Source of the DNA: Camelus dromedarius
Lineage: Eukaryota
Length of the DNA stretch: 64,000 bases
Assembly (NCBI RefSeq): GCF_036321535.1
Contig: NC_087436.1
Location: 15,934,001 to 15,998,000, forward strand
Direction of reading: 5' to 3'
The first letter of the stretch is position 1. Each line of letters starts with the position of its first letter. Positions 61,806 through 64,000 of the stretch are shown here, one piece after another. The notes below the pieces were generated by a model. That model was not told where the DNA came from. It made no database searches and saw nothing but the letters and a program-made list of their open reading frames with translations. The position numbers and the translations under genes are program-made.

Positions 61806-64000
61806 TTTTTTTTTTTATCCTTGTCTTAGAAAATATAAAGAAAAATTAAAGTGTAGAACTCTAGCAGGTTTTCTTTCTTCCTTATTGTTCCATTATACTC
61901 TGATGCTTTTTTTTTTTTTTTTTTTTAACTTTGGAGAAGAAACAATCTGGTAATCTATTTTGGGCTGGTTATGCAAATTTCAGTTCTTCCATCCCATCCA
62001 AGCTCTTAAAAAAATCAACTATGATTTTTCTAGGCTGGCCTCTTTTGGGAAAAAGGCAGAATTTACTAATATCTATGAAGCTGTATGCCTTCTTTTTAAT
62101 TCAGTAATAGTGAATTCCTGATAAGTTCCCAGAGCATATGTAGTAAATTCAGAGGTTCACAGTACACTGAGTAAAATATTATCTCTTATTTTGAATACAT
62201 TGCCCTTTAATCTCATTTTATGGGACAAAGCAAATAGGACCCTCTGATTGCTTTTTAATATATTTTTCAAAATTCATGCATCAGAAGAGATAAGAAACAA
62301 AGCTGATACATGGGCAATAGTTGATATAAAAGTATATAATAAATTTCTCTCTGAAGCCATTGTATATGTTCTGGTAAATCTATTATAAAATACTCTCCTT
62401 GAAGAACCATATGCAGAATTACAGAATAATTTGCTGTCTTGAAGACCATTGTGTTTATTGGTAAAACCCCACAAAACCTGTATCTAGCCCATAATGTACC
62501 TTTGCCCCCTATTATTTAAACTTTGTATAATTTGTGGTGGTAGTGTTTCTCAAATAGTTTCCAGGTTTTTCCATTTTGGGCTAGAATTTTTAGTTCTTTC
62601 TTTTCCCTCTCTGGTCCCCTTTATTTAAAAAAAATAATTTATTCCTTTTTAAAGTCATTCTAAGTCATCTTTGTGATGATGATCTTTCTTTTTGTCCTTC
62701 GTTTTGATTTTCGTACCTGACCCTTTCCTCTTCCTGTCACTACACTCTTGTTGTCACTGTTATATGGTGTCTCCATTTTAGTTTATCACTTCTAGTCTGT
62801 TCCATTGATTGCTGCCATGGACATTACTGCCTTGATAAGAAATCTAACCTAATTGAGTATTTTCAGTCATTTTATTTCTTGCTTTCCCACAGCCCACTTT
62901 TCATATTTTTGCCTACCATACTTGCCCTTGTATTCTGTTCTCTTTTCACTTGCAATCCAAATCCCACAAATAAAGAGTTATCTCTCCAACATCAGTATTT
63001 TCAACTGATAGATTTTTGTATTCTTTTTGGTAGATCTCTTGATTTAAGTTATTTGCCATTAAAAAAAAAATACACTCTTTACAGTATATTGCAAGATTAT
63101 TTTCCTTCTTCGGGTTCAAGCAGGATTTGGGAAAAGTGATTTGTGGTTGAATTGATTGTTATTGTAATTACATGCTGAGCTGGGCGATTTATTCTTGCAG
63201 ATCTGGGTAAGCTGGGTATTAGTCTTGGTTTGGTCTTACGTATTTTCTTTATATGAAAGTACAGTTAATATCTTTCCCTGTGGAACATAAACCTTTGTGC
63301 CTTGGGATGACTTCAGTTCTGAATTTTATAGTGAGTCAGTGACAAAAAATGAGCTGCTTAAATTCAGTAATAGATTATCGGTTAATAAAAAATATGCTTG
63401 ATAGAACATATACATTAGTAAAAATGAGAATTTCTTTGGAAGAAACCATGTGAATTGAAAACATAAAATATAAGTTTTGTAGCAGAAAAGTCAACTATTT
63501 GGAAATTTAGATATTGAAATGGGATTTCTAAATTTTACATATGGCACAATTAAGGAGAAACTGGGACTGGATCCCAAAAACAGAGTTAGAGCTTGTCAGC
63601 TTTGTATGAGGCCAAAGGTTCTTTTGTCAAAACATAACCACTCAAATAATTTTATAATTTTGTGAAAAAATTAAGGATTTGTAAATACATTTTAAAACTG
63701 TGTACATTATTAAAACTATAGTCAGTATTCAAATTTTGACTACATACAAATTTCAGATTTTAGTTTGAATAAGGTTTCTTAGTTTCTTAGCATTTTATTA
63801 GCAAATAGTATAATCTAATAATAATGGCAATTTTTTTCATAATAAGTTGTAAAAGATTTATCAGAGAACAAGGTATATCATTTGTATTTGTACATTTATA
63901 AAGAAAACTAAGAGATAAAGAGTTTTTAGTAAATATATAAAAATATTTACATTTTAAAGTTACTCATCAGCAAAGGTTTAAATGGCCAGAGAACAATATG

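Larger units (their letters stand above)
1..64000 (+). other. LRBA: Internal portion of the LRBA gene (17 coding exons plus introns; both gene ends outside window)
   Basis: Manually spliced exons give one open frame of 3393 nt. It includes [74 protein letters not shown] and [16 protein letters not shown], which I recognise as LRBA; the variable linker exons match LRBA rather than the paralog NBEA. Confidence 0.96.

Noticed and set aside
1..64000. Novel prokaryote-style system (CRISPR array, operon, defence island) or a second nested protein-coding gene such as MAB21L2
   Set aside because: The sequence is mammalian intron/exon DNA. There are no regularly spaced repeat-spacer arrays and no long intronless ORF other than LRBA exons; no MAB21-like peptide appears in the ORF track.

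Overview
AT-rich, intron-dominated mammalian genomic DNA. It is most likely camelid (alpaca/llama/camel), judged from five tRNA(Ala)-like SINEs resembling the camelid Vic-1 family. The whole window lies inside one + strand gene, LRBA (LPS-responsive beige-like anchor, BEACH family). I can splice 17 consecutive internal coding exons (380..60143; 3393 nt, ~1131 codons) with GT-AG boundaries, matching phases and no stops. They probably correspond to human exons ~15-31 (numbering from memory). The start, the stop, the PH-BEACH/WD40 exons and the nested MAB21L2 gene are outside the window. Introns are packed with L1, L2, MIR, MaLR/ERVL/ERV1 LTR and hAT remnants; subfamily names are by eye and boundaries approximate. 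I found no prokaryotic-type or wholly new multi-gene system. The most interesting unexplained structures are: (i) a ~2.25-kb non-autonomous segment (26029-28275) flanked by a perfect 17-bp direct repeat with an A-tail, i.e. apparently retroposed foreign genomic sequence; (ii) two short antisense inserts that look like retrocopied mRNA 3' ends (~12.2 kb, ~48.9 kb); (iii) an apparently shifted splice acceptor at 51176; (iv) a candidate 6-nt microexon at 63201-63206; (v) an old ~160-bp direct duplication at 28.9/29.9 kb.
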